Assembly: GCA_951406725.2 (NCBI GenBank)
Contig: OX597843.1
Coordinates: 21,080,001 to 21,144,000 of the forward strand
Direction: 5' to 3'
Length of the DNA: 64,000 bases
Origin: Octopus vulgaris
Taxonomy: Eukaryota
The notes beneath the pieces were generated by a model. That model saw only the letters and a program-made list of their open reading frames with translations. It was not told where the DNA came from and did not search any database. Both the position numbers and the translations under genes were made by a program. Shown piece after piece: positions 10,993-24,004 of this stretch (the stretch's first letter is position 1; the number at the start of each line of letters is the position of its first letter).

Positions 10993-12879
10993 TTTAGTAC
11001 GAATAAGGTGAAGTAGAAGAAAAAAAAGAAGAAGAAAAAGAAGAAGGAGAAGAAGAAGAACAACAACAACAACAAAAACAACGACAACAACAACAATAAT
11101 AACAACGAAGAAGTCGGTGATGAAGAAAAAGTAATATAAGTAGGAAGAAAAGAGACAAGATGGACAAGCAAAACAATAACAAGAAAATTTGGGAATGAGG
11201 ATAGAAATGATAATAAAAATATATCAACATAAGTAAAATTATCAGACATACACACAGACACAAACGTACGAGGGACACACCAAACGTTGTTTTATGTTGT
11301 GGACGACTAGCTACATTAACAGCCGGAGAAAATCATCCAACATCCACATCTTATCAAGGCAGATTGCAAATAAATACGATGCTGGGCTATTGAGCTTCAG
11401 CACTAATGAAAACCATTCAATCACAAATTCATGAAAAAATAGGCATGAACAATAATGTAAACTGTCTGTAGAAATTTAGAGATATTTGCCAGCTTTTCAG
11501 TAGAAGTTCAAAAAATCCTAGTTTTGAAGACAATGCAATTTCTATGTATATTAGTACGTTCTTCATAAGCTGGTTTATTCGAAAACAAAACAAAGACATT
11601 CTCTGGATCCAGTATCTTACAATTCTGATGTGATCGTATTAAATTGATGTCCGTTTCGGATTCTGTGTGTCAAAAGACTCCCAGTTCGTCTCCAGTTATT
11701 TCGTTAGCCTGACGATATTTCCAAAGTATTGTGTTGAATAAAGTTTAAATTGTTTATACACCAAGAACGGGGATATATATTTTCATACCGTTGAATAAGG
11801 ACAGATTTCATATTTTCTTTCGAGTAGGAGTAAAGCAGGCTTGAAACCGATTCACAGGATGACCAAGTCTAGAGGGAAGGAGAAAAGATGGTATTCTTCA
11901 ACTGAAGAATGTTTAAGACAATATGGACTTCACTAAATGCACTTAAAATTACTATGTGGCAGTTTTGAACAGAGATGTGGTTTAAGACTACCAATGAAAT
12001 AGGCCATTAGAGACAGAGAAAGGATACAGCATAGCCGTGGACACGGTGTTGAAACACGGTCATTTGTAATGGGCTGAAGATTAGACAAGTGTCCCTCACA
12101 ACCTTACTTGAAAACTTACACTTCGTTGAGCATTATTAGCAGTGAAGGTCTTTCTTGGCGAAAGTAGATCCTTTGCATAGCTAGTACGGTATTTTAAAGT
12201 CCAATCCTTCTCTTTGCAGCCAAAACTTCAGACCATTTACAATGCTCAAATGAAACACACGATGAAGAAATCTTTCTACACCTGGAAGGGTGATACACAT
12301 CCGGGATTGCATCGAAAGAAAGGTGACGTGGCTAAATTTTACTCTATCCCTAATAGACATACTCTAACAGCTATCTCGCAGGCAGGATATCTCTTCTCTT
12401 TGTTTTGCCACTATCACTGTCATGCTACAGATTCTTGTAGGAGTTGGCTGAGCTCTTGACCCCACCAAGCAGGTACTACCGACCCACTCGTCTATTCCTT
12501 TGCTCCTCGATCTTAAACATCAGTTCGTTTTCAGTATGAACCTCTGTGCTAAACACTTCAACCCCTTCATCATTCCTGTAAATGTTGGCCTGTAGCAGCT
12601 TAAACGGAACGTCCATGGTATCTATCTCAGATTTCATTCAATTCGCGCTTAAATTATGAAAAATGAAAATATCTAACTTATTAAACAGAACATTGATTTT
12701 GCTATTCCACATCTTCAGATTTACGAGGTTTAAAGAATAGCATTAAAAAAACATTGCTATTTGCTTTACATTAGGATTTCTCAAAAGGTGAAAACGTTCC
12801 AAATTTGTTGACAAATGGGACTGATCGAATGAATCGATGCAGTTTAGTATTTGAATATTTGATTATAACTTGAAGTGAT

Positions 12880-13584
12880 TAATGCTGTGATGCGAAGAGC
12901 GAGAGAAAAGATGGAGTAGAGGGAAAAAGCGGGTAAGGTGAAGAGCGAGAGAAAAACAAGCAGAGAGAAAAGGAGGGAGAGAAAAAGAGGGTAAGAGAAG
13001 CGTCTATGACGTGTGGTAGGGGGAACGTAATAGTTATTACGTGGTTAAAAATGTTGGTTGGAGGTAGTGATATAGAGGAGAGTGAGAAACAGAATTGTAG
13101 CAGAGGATTGATGTTCTGATGGTGAGATTAAAGAAAGGCAGAGAAAGAGAGAGAGAGAGAGAGAAAGAGATGATGATGATGATGATGATGAATGTGTTTG
13201 TGGTGTTAGTGGTGGTGGTGGTGGAGGTTGCGTTGGTGAGTGTGTGTGAAGAGTGTAACGTTTTAATTGATATATTTTTTTAATACCACCTATTACTTAA
13301 AGCATGCGCATAAGTGCAATCGTCTGCTCGCTTGAAAAATGTTATTTGTTTATAAACCAAAGATGAGAGACGATGTAAGCGAACAACAGAAAGAATGAAA
13401 CCAAATGGGCAATGGCACCAAGAGAAGCAGAGGGTCTTATCCAGAAGGACTGAAGGTGTTTTAAAACGACAATTATGTAGAATATACAATTTATAAAGGA
13501 GCGCTAATTTTTATGTCTCCACATAAACTTACAACCATCTTAAAACTTTCGCATTTTCCGCGGAATTTCTACGGGTGCTGCTAA
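12880..13584 (+). mobile_element. Non-autonomous Helitron derivative (copy at about 49290-49990)
   Basis: 3' hairpin CCGCGGAATTTCTACGG followed by CTAG|T at 49987-49991 (CTAA here). The 5' part resembles about 29950-30360, upstream of the Helitron ORF. Confidence 0.6.
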
Positions 13585-13962
13585 TGTATTAAAGAATTAC
13601 TCTGCTAATGCTGCTCCATCTCTCCAGACGTGAAATCTTTTAAAAACACTTAAAAATTACATAAGTTTTCAGGTGAATCGAGACATATTCATCAGCAGAA
13701 ACTTCACCTGAACTTGCATAATTCTTTAGGACTAATAATTGATACGTGTTTATTGTTTGTGATAACGTAAATTTCACTTTTGACATTCTATTACAAATAA
13801 AATTTTCTTAAGTTGCTCATACAACACTTTTTCGCATTCTTCATTTACGTATTTTAAGAATTTGACAGTTTGAGCGCATCTCTTTATTATCTGCACTTTA
13901 AACCATCAGTTTAACTTTTAATTGCATAAATAATTATTTCTTCTCTCTCTCTTTGTCTCTCT

Positions 13963-13993
<31 letters not shown>

Positions 13994-13995
<2 letters not shown>

Positions 13996-14326
13996 CGTAG
14001 GAGTGGCTGTGTGGTAAGTATGTTGCTTACGAACCACATGGTTCCGGGTTCAGTCCCACTTTGTGGCACCTTTGGCAAGTGTCTTCTGCCATAACCTCAG
14101 GCCGATTTGTGAGTAGATTTCATTGACAGAAACTGAAAGAAGCCTGTCGTATGTAAGTATATATATATGTATGTGTGTATGTATATGTTTGTGTGTCTGT
14201 GTTTGTCTTCCCAACATCGCCTGACAACCGATACTGGTGTGTTTACGTCTTAGCGGTTCAGAAAAAGAAACCGATAGAATAAGTACTAGGCTTACAAAGA
14301 ATAAGTTCTGAGGTCGATTTGTTCGA
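13994..14326 (+). mobile_element. tRNA-derived SINE of the abundant octopus-type family, 3' truncated (copy at 50430-50762)
   Basis: GGCGTAGGAGTGGCTGTGTGG (A box)...GGTTCAGTCCC (B box), with an internal (TA/TG)n tract. Confidence 0.9.
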
Positions 14327-14339
14327 TGTTTCTTTATCT

Positions 14340-15572
14340 CTCTCCCCTTAATACCACTCGCGGTACAAAATTGATCAGTGTGTCCAATCTCAGCAAAATC
14401 CGAAGAAAAATGGTAAGGTTATATCATAAAACAGATTCCATGTGACCATTTACACGAAAATATCCCATTGACATTTAAATCTTAGTACGGATATTTCATA
14501 CGTCGAAGTGCTTAATTTTGCTCACGGTTCTTCAAAATCAGTCCATTAATTTATTGTGAATGATTTGAGGATTTCCGCCTCGCACTAGTTTAATTTTAAT
14601 TCTTCTACATGTCTTCAAAATTAAACTTTCCCTAAAAGTGAAAGCTCATCAAAATCGGATGAATTCTGTAAAAGTTACTGTATAAAATATTAATCCTATG
14701 GGTGATTGCATGCAAAAACCCTATTGATTTCTTAAAATCCTCTGCTCACGCGCAGATATCGATTATTTGTCAACTCTTCATGCTGGCATCAACAAATACA
14801 CATGAACTATAATCACGTATAAAATTTCTATAAAATCGATAAGAATGTGTCTAAGAATATGCTTATTTGCATTTATGCCTATTTCAAGCCATTTTGAATT
14901 AAATAAATACCTTTTCCGTCTCCCCCACCAATCATTTACCTATATCTCAAATTTCATTAAAATCGGATAAAAAAATATGAAATTTACGGCCAAAAACAAA
15001 GCCCCTACTGGAATTGGCACTCTAAACACCTATTGATTTTAGAAAGCTACTGCCCTGGCGCAATTAGTGATTTTTTTCAACGTCATATACTGAGATCAAC
15101 TTACTGCCGTCAACCTCGATCACACATCGATTTTCATCAGAATCGGACAAAAAATGCAAAAGCTGCAGGAAAATAACATCGTTATGAGAATATGAAAGGT
15201 TACCGAACAAACTATTTAAGATGTCGCCATTGTTCTCAAATTACGTTTCACTTTTCGTTTGAAAAGAAAGAAAGTGTGGATTATAATGGTGGTCACTGAA
15301 TTCCCAAATTTTTCATTCAAAACTTTTTTAAATGCGTCGTTCAAAAGCATTGGCCAAAATCGGTACCGATTGGGATAGGGTATGTGAATAAAATCAACAC
15401 ACATTAAAACAATTTCTAAAGAGCTTCCTGCCATCATCTGCAAATTTGAGGTGAAAAAAATGGAAAATCCTCACCAGAACGTAGAAAAGGTATCTTATGA
15501 GGGAATGCTGTACCAAAAGTACCAAAATATCCTGTTGTGGGATACGCTCGCAACGAAGGGATATTTATCTAG
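14340..15572 (+). mobile_element. Non-autonomous Helitron-like element with internal subrepeats (copy at about 50775-52033)
   Basis: Recurring AAATTTCAT..AAAATCGGA-type motif near 14650, 14830, 14960 and 15140. Terminal hairpin AATATCC..GTTG..CAAC..GGGATATT followed by CTAG. Confidence 0.55.
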
Positions 15573-16959
15573 AGTATATAGATATATGCGTATGTGTGTG
15601 TAGGGAATAGCGTAGACACAATACAGGCTACATAAACTTCATAGCTAAGAGAACCACAAAAGTAGCATATTATCCTAACATGGGGTATACCACAAGCTAC
15701 TATTCAGTCAAAGGATATCGTGATTATGTGAAGTTTACATTCTCGTTAGAATCCCCGTGTAAACTTGTTGGGAATTTGATCAAAATGCAATGAAAGAATA
15801 GTTCGGGAGGAAAACAGTTGAGCAGAAGGAAAATGCAAATAAAATAGAAGAAATCCTATGTATAAGAATGAGAACGTTTGTTACTGATTAAGGAGTGTAC
15901 GAAGACAAGGTTTGATATGGAAATTGGCTGGCGAGTGGCTTTATGCACGTATTCCGGGGTCATTCACGGGTCCGTTGTAGGATAGATAAGTAAATATATT
16001 GTAGCATTATATATAGCCATTTAAAACAGAATTATAGGATGAAGATATAGGTGTAGTATTTGAAGTGGATAGAGTGGTGTTTGAAGGAGAGGAAGGAGGA
16101 AGATAGTGTATTTACGTTGTAAAATAGTAGACCACGGTTTGCTCGTCGAGTTGGTAGAACTAATTTGGCTTTAAAATCTAAGGACGGCGAGTGAAGTGGG
16201 AGATAGTAGTAGTAGTAGTAGCTTTCATCTGAGATTATTATGTGAGTGCGTATTAGTTCACACGCGCGTATATGGTGTGCGTCTGTAGAATCTAGTAGTT
16301 GTGTACGCGTGCCAGGGTCTTTGTATATTATCATATACTAAGGGATGTGTGTAGAGAGAGAAGAGTTAAGAAAATTTATGACGTATAAACGATAAGGAAA
16401 ACAGGTTGGGAATTAAAAAATGAAAGAATAAAATGTTTAGGAAATGTTTACCAATATGTATGCAGAATAATATTGACATAACTATAATAAATCTATGATA
16501 TATTGATTGTAAAATTAATATACTTATATCTTTCATAAACATCTGTAAGATATTATATTTATATTCTATATTTTAATTTTGATATACTATCTGTTGTGAA
16601 TAGCATAATACACCTAATCTAATATTAATAATAATAATATTAGTAATAACTGAATATTATATGTACTTATGGATGTAGATGTGTATGTATGTTTCAGTAT
16701 ATATTTATATATATAGAGTGGATGTATACTCACAATATGAGGGCTAAACAGCGGTGGTGTAATTCCCTTACGGGACAGTTACGTTATGTTGACAGTATAC
16801 AACCACACCTTCGCTCCACCACCGCTCATGACTCTTCGAGACATTTAGAAATTTAATATTTCTGATATATATATATGTATATATATACTGACGTATTTTT
16901 GCCATTTCAATATGGCTAACCCCTAAGGGTGGATGCTATATATATATATATATACTCTT

Positions 16960-16990
<31 letters not shown>

Positions 16991-16992
<2 letters not shown>

Positions 16993-17226
16993 CTCTTTTA
17001 CTCTTTTACTTGTTTCAGTCATTTGACCGCGGCCATGCTGGTGCACCGCCTTTAATCGAGCAACTCGAACCCGGGACTTATTCTTTGTAAGCCCAGTACT
17101 TATTCGATCGGTCTCTTTTGCCGAACCACTAAGTGAGGGGACATCAACAAGCGATGTCAAGCGATGTTGGGGGGACAAACACAGACATACAAACACACGC
17201 GCACACACAAACACACACACACACAC
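16991..17226 (-). mobile_element. 3' half of an octopus-type SINE (nearly complete in the copy at 53351-53793)
   Basis: Reverse complement of the tail ...GACTGAAACAAGTAAAAGAGT. Confidence 0.9.
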
Positions 17227-17373
17227 GCAGAATGAGATACTTTTATCTATGGGCTGAAACAGCTGCAAGTTATTTTACTAATTTATATTCATGTTGTTCA
17301 ATAATTACTTGTATACTTTTCTTATATGCTATATGTATGTATGTTATTATAATTATGTATGTTATTATAATTA

Positions 17374-20300
17374 GTTTAGATTTCGATTCGACACTCTTCC
17401 GGCAGCTCCTGCAACCTGGCTGGTGCCAAACGTAATGCTCTGCACTCCTTTGGACTACATCATCAAGGTCGAGAGAAGAATCCTGACGATTGGGCTACCC
17501 AGGATTTTCTTAATTCTAGCCCAGGCCTGCGCAAAAGTAGAGAGGACACTTCAGTGCTGCTGTAAAACGTGGCAGAAAAAATACGGGTGTTAACCGTCAC
17601 GGGCGATAAGTCCATTGACATTGGCGTCCGATATGGACACCACGGGACACCTCTGACCGTGAGAGGGACATCCATGTCCCATTGGTTAGCTACTGCCTAT
17701 CTGAAGCTGGGCAGCCCCCAGTTAATAAGTTGCTGACCCGCCACAGGTCGCCTACTTCATTGGGTGCTTGGAGCTAAGAGTTTGACTTGAAAACACTTCA
17801 AAATTACATAAGGTCGGCACCAGGCAAACAACTAAAAGACAAGAAACCACCAGTCCTACGGTTAGGAAGCTGGAATGTCAGGGCCATGTGCCCTGGTATA
17901 TCTGATGATCTACTCAGGGTTGAAGACACAAGAAAGGCGGTCATCATTGACCATGAACTAGAGAGGATTAACATAGACACTGCTGGGCTGCAGGAGACAA
18001 GACTCCCTTCAAACAGCAAACTCAAAGAACAGGATTTCACCTTCTTTTGGCAGGGAAGCGTTCCAGAAGAACCTCGTCAGCATGGCGTTGGCTTTGCAGC
18101 GAGAAACTCATTACTCTCCTCAATAGAACCACCATCAGGAGACACTGAGCGTATCCTCTCACTGCGCCTCTCGACTTCTTCTGGCTCAGTACATCTACCC
18201 AGCTTCTATGCTCCCGCTGTCTACGGCTCAGAGGAGACCAAGTACCAGTTCTATAAAGATCTCAACTGTGTCATTAAAAATATACCAACAAATGAAAACA
18301 TCTACCTTTTAGGAGATTTTCTCGCTCGCGTGGGATCTGATCATGATTCGTGGCCCATTTGTGTTGGACACCCTGATATTGGCAACATGAATGACAATGG
18401 TGAGAGACTACTTGAATTTTGCACATACCATAACCTGTGCATCACCAACACATTATTTGCCAACAAGACATCCCACAAGACATCTTGGAGACATTCAAGA
18501 TCTCACTACTGGCATCAGCTGGATCTCATTATCACACGAAGTTCCTTTCCGAATTCTATTCAACTCACCCGTACTTACCACAGCACGGATTGTGTCACAG
18601 ATCACTCACTAATTAGAAGCAGGGTGACGATCCTGCTTAAAAAGTCCATCACTCCAAGAAAATGGGCCGACCACGCATTAACACTGCCAGAACCTCGGAC
18701 CCTACACTGCGAACATGTTTTGCTGTTTCTATCAAGTTTGCCCTCAGTAGCTGCCCAACCTCCTCTGCTGAAAGTAGTTGGAATTATATCAGGAAAGCTT
18801 TGTATACCACATCAATAGATACTTTCGGCATGAGAGAAAGGCAAGATCGAGATTAGTTCAGAGCTGGAACCAGTTATCGAAGCAAAGCGTGTAGCTCTGA
18901 TGCAATACAAGAGTGATTCTTCTACAAAATCACTCGAAGAACTCAGAAAGGCAAAATATATAACCCAACTGACAGTCAGACATTGTGCAAATAGGTATTG
19001 GCAGGAAATCTGTCAGAGTATCCAGTCAGCTGCTGACAGGGGCGACACCCGTGGGATGTATGCCGGTTTGAAGAAGGCCCTCGGTCCATCCGCAACCAAG
19101 TCAGCTCCTCTGAAATCAACTACTGGAGATCTCATCAAGGACCAAAGGAAGCAAATGGATAGATGGGTGGAATACTACCAGGATCTCTACTCACGGCAGA
19201 CCACGGTAGCTGAGGTTGCAATCGAGAGTGTCAAGATCTTGCAAGTTATGAGCGAACTTGACATTCCGCCATCTATAGAAGAGCTATAGACGCCCTAGAA
19301 AGGGTATTGAAACCTTAGCAAGTAGCAAATCTCCGGGAAAAGACGGCATCCACTCAGAGATCATCAAAGCCGGCAAAAACACAATCCTGCTTCGGCACCT
19401 TCATGAGCTTCTGTATCAGTGCTGGGAAGAGCGTACAGTCTCTCAGGATATGCGTGATGCTAACATCATTACGCTTTACAAAAACAAAGGTGACCGTGGT
19501 GATTGTAACAATTACCGTGGAATATCTCACCTACGTACTGTTGGAAGGACCTTTGCTCGCGTTATCCTGTCCAGGCTACAACTGCTTACTTTTCGAATTT
19601 ATCCGAAATCGCAGTCTGGCTTTAAAAGAAGCTGATCAACTACTGACATGATATTCTCCATACGCCAACTTCAGGAGAAGTCCAGAGAACAGAAAATGCC
19701 ATTATATATGACCTTCATTGATCTGACAAAGGCCTTTGACTCTGAAAGTAGAAAAGGCCTCTTCATCCTGCTCCAAAAAATCGAATGTCCACCAAAGCTG
19801 CTGAGGATCATCAAATCTTTCCATGATGATATGCAAGGCACCATACAGCACAATGGATCAACATCAGCCGCCTTCCAAATAAAATACGGAGTAAAGCAAG
19901 GTTGTGTCCTTGTTCCTACATTATTTAGCATCTTCTCGTTGCTGCTCTCACATGCCTCTCAGACATCAAATGATGGAGTGTTTCTGCAGAGTAGAAGTGA
20001 CGGGAGACTGTTCAGTCTCTCGCGCCTGCGTGGCAAGACCAAAATAAGAAGCGTCCTGATCAAAGAAATGATGCAGCTCTGGTATCACACACAGAAGAAG
20101 CCCTACAAAGGCTCATCACCTGTTGTGAGCAGGCATGTAAAGACTTTGGCTTACCTATCAGCCTCAAGAAGACCAACGTCATGGGTCGGGCTACACCGGA
20201 CATCCCAAACATACATATTGGAGACCACAGATTACAGGAGGTGGGGAAGTTTTACCTATCTTGGCGCTACCAACACCTACAACCTATCCCTTGATGCTGA

Positions 20301-21066
20301 GCTCAATATACGCATTGTCAAGGCAGCTGCTGTGATGACCCAACTCTCTCTCCAAACGGGCATGGGACAACAATAAGCTGACCAAGAACACAAAAATGAA
20401 GATTTACCAGGCATGTGTACTTAGCACTCTACTGTATAGAAGTGAGACTTGGACGCTATACACACGCCAAGAGCGTCGCCTAAATATCTTTCATTTGCGC
20501 TGCCTCCGGAAAATCCTTCGCATCAGATGGCATAACCATCTCCCCAACAAAGATGTCCTCAAGCAAGCAGGAATACTAAGCATGTTTGCACTCCTCACAC
20601 AAAGACGTATGAGATGGCTTGGGCATGTTAGCCGTATGAAAGATGGCAGAATCCCCAAGGACATACTCTACGGAGAGCTTGCTAGGGGCACTAGGTCTGT
20701 GGGAAGACCGCTCTTACGTTACAAGGATATTTGCAAAAGGGTAATAAATGCCTGCAACATCAATATTACCAACTGTCAAGCAGTTGCCAGCAACCGTAGA
20801 GATTGTCGACGTACCGTAAAAGAGGGAGTGACAGAGAGAGGAGAAATGGAACTACAAGAAAATATGTCAACAAGAAATTATGACATTACAACCAGCCAGG
20901 CAAAGTCTTCGCTACATTTGCGGTGCCTGCCGGAGGGAGTGTTTGTCCAGGATAGGACTACACAGCCACAGCAGGAGATGTATTAGGATATGAAATGTAA
21001 AAACCGGACTAGATTATTTTATGCGCAACTCCATTGTCTCCCGAGACAAAAAGGATGCCAACAACA
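17374..21066 (+). mobile_element. Full-length but inactivated RTE-clade LINE (APE plus RT)
   Basis: APE motifs LGSWNVRAM, GLQET, LLGDF, HQLDLI and TDH. RT motifs NYRGIS, FIDLTKAFD and GVKQGCVL. (CAA)n tail. Candidate TSD ATTATAATTA at 17364-17373 and 21067-21076. Several stops and frameshifts. Confidence 0.93.
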
Positions 21067-21169
21067 ATTATAATTATCAGTTACACAAATAAATAAGTTA
21101 ATATTTCTAATGTCCTAAAGTTGATGAACCAACTATTGTTCTCCTCCATTTTCTTACGTGCTATATATA

Positions 21170-21265
<96 letters not shown>

Positions 21266-23131
21266 GTATATCTATGTATGTATGTATATATGAGGAGGCA
21301 AATCTATAGGTAAATTTGTTGTTCACAATGCACCATAATTAAAAAAACTTGTAATTGGTTTTAAATAACCTTATTTACATACATACAAAACTAGTTTCAA
21401 CAATATTTTGGGTTTATCAATGGTAAAAATTTAAAATAATGAACGAAAAAAACATGTTTCAATGTTTACAAGTTTCAGTAATATGAAATATGATTTAAAT
21501 ATTCATAACATTCAATAATATAAAAGATGTGGAATATCTTGGTTAAAAGCATAAAATTCAAAAGATTGATAAGAAATGTGTATCATCAGAGTTTCGGCCA
21601 TACAGGGTAAAGAAGGAGAAAAACAAGGGAATAATTGAGATAGTGGAATAAGGGAAATCTTTGAGCACAGTCCCTGTGAATCATTTTCCGTCGTGTGCTT
21701 GTAACGGCGTTTTTTGGAATTGGATGTGTTTACAATTTTTTTCCGTGAACCGATCTGATATTTGCTTCATCAAATTACAAGTGACCTCTAATTTTTCTGG
21801 TGGGCAAGGTTGTGGTTCTGCCTGATGGGCTTCCCATTGGGGGACGGGCATAAGCCATTCCAGTTGATTGATTCTCTTAAAGCGTCACTTTGTTGTGTTT
21901 GCTCAAGTTCGGTTCTGATCAGATGTAAAATTTCAATGATTTATGTGACATCAGCAACTGGTGTTTATATGGTGGTATTGTATGGCGATTTGGATTTGCT
22001 ATTTCGAAATCCGCGTTGAAGACTGTTACTAAAGATTTTTGAATTATGTCTGTTGTATCTCAGTTTTTTATTGTGGAAAAATTGTTTCTTTTTCCTTTTT
22101 CTGTTTAGTGTTTAAACAGAGGTGAATAAGAGAGAATGAATTAAACGATATTCTTTATTCTAAAACACTACCATTGTATATTGTTCAGATGATATAATTA
22201 ATATATAGCGCATGGCTCTGTGGTTAGAGCGTGGAGCTTATAATCGTGCTGCGTGTTGAGTTCTTGAGCAAGACCCTTTCTTTCGCGTTGCTCCAGTTCA
22301 ATCAGCTGTAAAAATGAGTTGCGACGACACAGGTTCCAAGTTGTATCAGCCTCTTTGCCTTTCCCTTAGATAGAGAGGGGAGGCCGATATGCTGGTCTTC
22401 CATAAACAACATTGCCCGGACTTGTGCCTGGGAGGGTACTTTTTAGGTGCAATCCCACGGTCAGTCATGACCACGGGGATCTCAGCTTAATTCTTACCAT
22501 ATATCGTAGGAGTAAAGTATGCTTTTAGGTGAGTATTTCAATAAGTTCTACGTTAGATCAAACTATCATTTCACAGACACATGTTCCACCTTTGATGAAT
22601 GGCAGTGATCACACAAGATATTAACCATATTATCACACATGGAATACGGGTGTGATGTGTTGACACAATTGCAGGGATATGGAATAAAGAATGTCGTTGA
22701 AACCATTCGCTTATTACTCATCAGTTTCGTATATATGCATGTATGTATGTATGTATGTATGTATGTATGTATGTATGTATGTATGTATGTATGTATGTAT
22801 GCATGCATGCATGCATGTATGCATGCATGTATGTAAGTATGTATGTATGTATGTATATACCATTCTTTCGTCTTTTACTTGTTTCAGTAAGTTGATTACT
22901 TTGCAGCAGGAGAATCACCTTAAAGTATGTAACTCGAACGAATCGAGACCACTAACTATTCTCTTAAACCCTGGTAGTTACCCTGTCGGCCGCTTATGCG
23001 AAATCGCTAACTGACGAGGAATTAAACGCACTAACATAGGTTGTGAAGAAGTAGTGAGTACAAACATAGAGACTAAGTCACACACCTACTCGCACACATA
23101 TGTACATTATATGAATATATATATATTTATA

Positions 23132-23540
23132 GGCGCAGGAGTGGCTGTGTGGTAAGTAGCTTGCTTACCAACCACATGGTTCCGGGTTCAGTCCCACTGC
23201 GTGGCATCTTGGGCAAGTGTCTTCTACTATAGCCTCGGGCCGACCAAAGCCTTGTGAGTGGATTTATTAGACGGAAAAGGAAAAGAAGCGCGTCGTATAT
23301 ATGTATATATATATGCGTGTGTGTGTATGTTTGTGTGTCTGTGTTTGTCCCCCTAGCATTGCTTGACCACCGATGCTGGTGTGTTTACGTCGCTTTCAAT
23401 TAGCGGTTCGGGAAAAGGGACCGATAGAATAAGTACTGGGCTTACAAAGAATAAGTCCCGGGGTCGATTTGCTTGACTAAAAGGCGGTGCTCCAGCGTGG
23501 CCGCAGTCAAATGACTGAAACAAGTAAAAGAGTAAAGAGT
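23132..23540 (+). mobile_element. Full-length octopus-type tRNA SINE in a (TA)n tract (copy at 60240-60648; absent from the paralogous site at about 9004-9072)
   Basis: A and B boxes, internal microsatellite and AAAGAGT tail. Flanks are collinear with the empty site. Confidence 0.93.
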
Positions 23541-23958
23541 ATATGCAAGAGTTACGACTCTACTCCATGGAGCGAAAACCGGAGAGGTATGTAGTGATAT
23601 GTGTGGAAGTTACTAGGGAATCTGGTATCAAACTTTGGAATTCAGAATTATACCAGACCTCAAATTGGACGTCACTGCACGGTTCCAAAAGTCCGGCTCT
23701 CTCATTTAATATTAGGAGAATGTACTGCAATAGTTTGGAGTTCAAGTGCTCACAGATATTTAACGCCTTGCCAACACATATGAGGAGTGGGTGTAGATGT
23801 TTCAAGATACCACTTGACCTCTTGCTATCCAAGTGAACCAATATCAGGGCAGGAAACTCAAAAGACTGCAACGGCAGCGAACTCCGGTCAATCCCATAAA
23901 CTCGGCCAGTCGAATAAAAGAATGAAGGTTTGAAAATGCAATTTTAAAAGGTGTTTAT

Positions 23959-24004
23959 TTACTTGACCGGTTTCACTCTCTTAGAAAAAGATTGTCAAAA
24001 GTAA
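23959..24004 (-). ncRNA. Minimal hammerhead motif, U3-A8 variant (partner on the plus strand at 24541-24585)
   Basis: Stem I TTACTT/AAGTAA, core TTGACAA, weak AT-rich stem II, and GAAA-CCGG-TC with palindromic ACCGGT. Confidence 0.55.

Larger units (their letters stand above)
7080..11321 (+). repeat. Older, more diverged paralog of the array unit (matches about 21260-27148 without the later insertions)
   Basis: Collinear blocks: unique segment, tRNA SINE, (TATG)n, LINE scrap, foldback, mariner scrap, (TAA)n and GAA-rich tract. Confidence 0.9.

Noticed and set aside
14340-15200. CRISPR-like or satellite array from recurring AAAATCGGA motifs
   Set aside because: The context is eukaryotic, and the units are degenerate internal subrepeats of a dispersed element, not identical repeats with unique spacers.
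17374-17450. HDV-like ribozyme at the RTE 5' end
   Set aside because: Such ribozymes are known for some RTEs, but I could not build a canonical P1/P3/P1.1 nested pseudoknot by eye. It needs a descriptor search.
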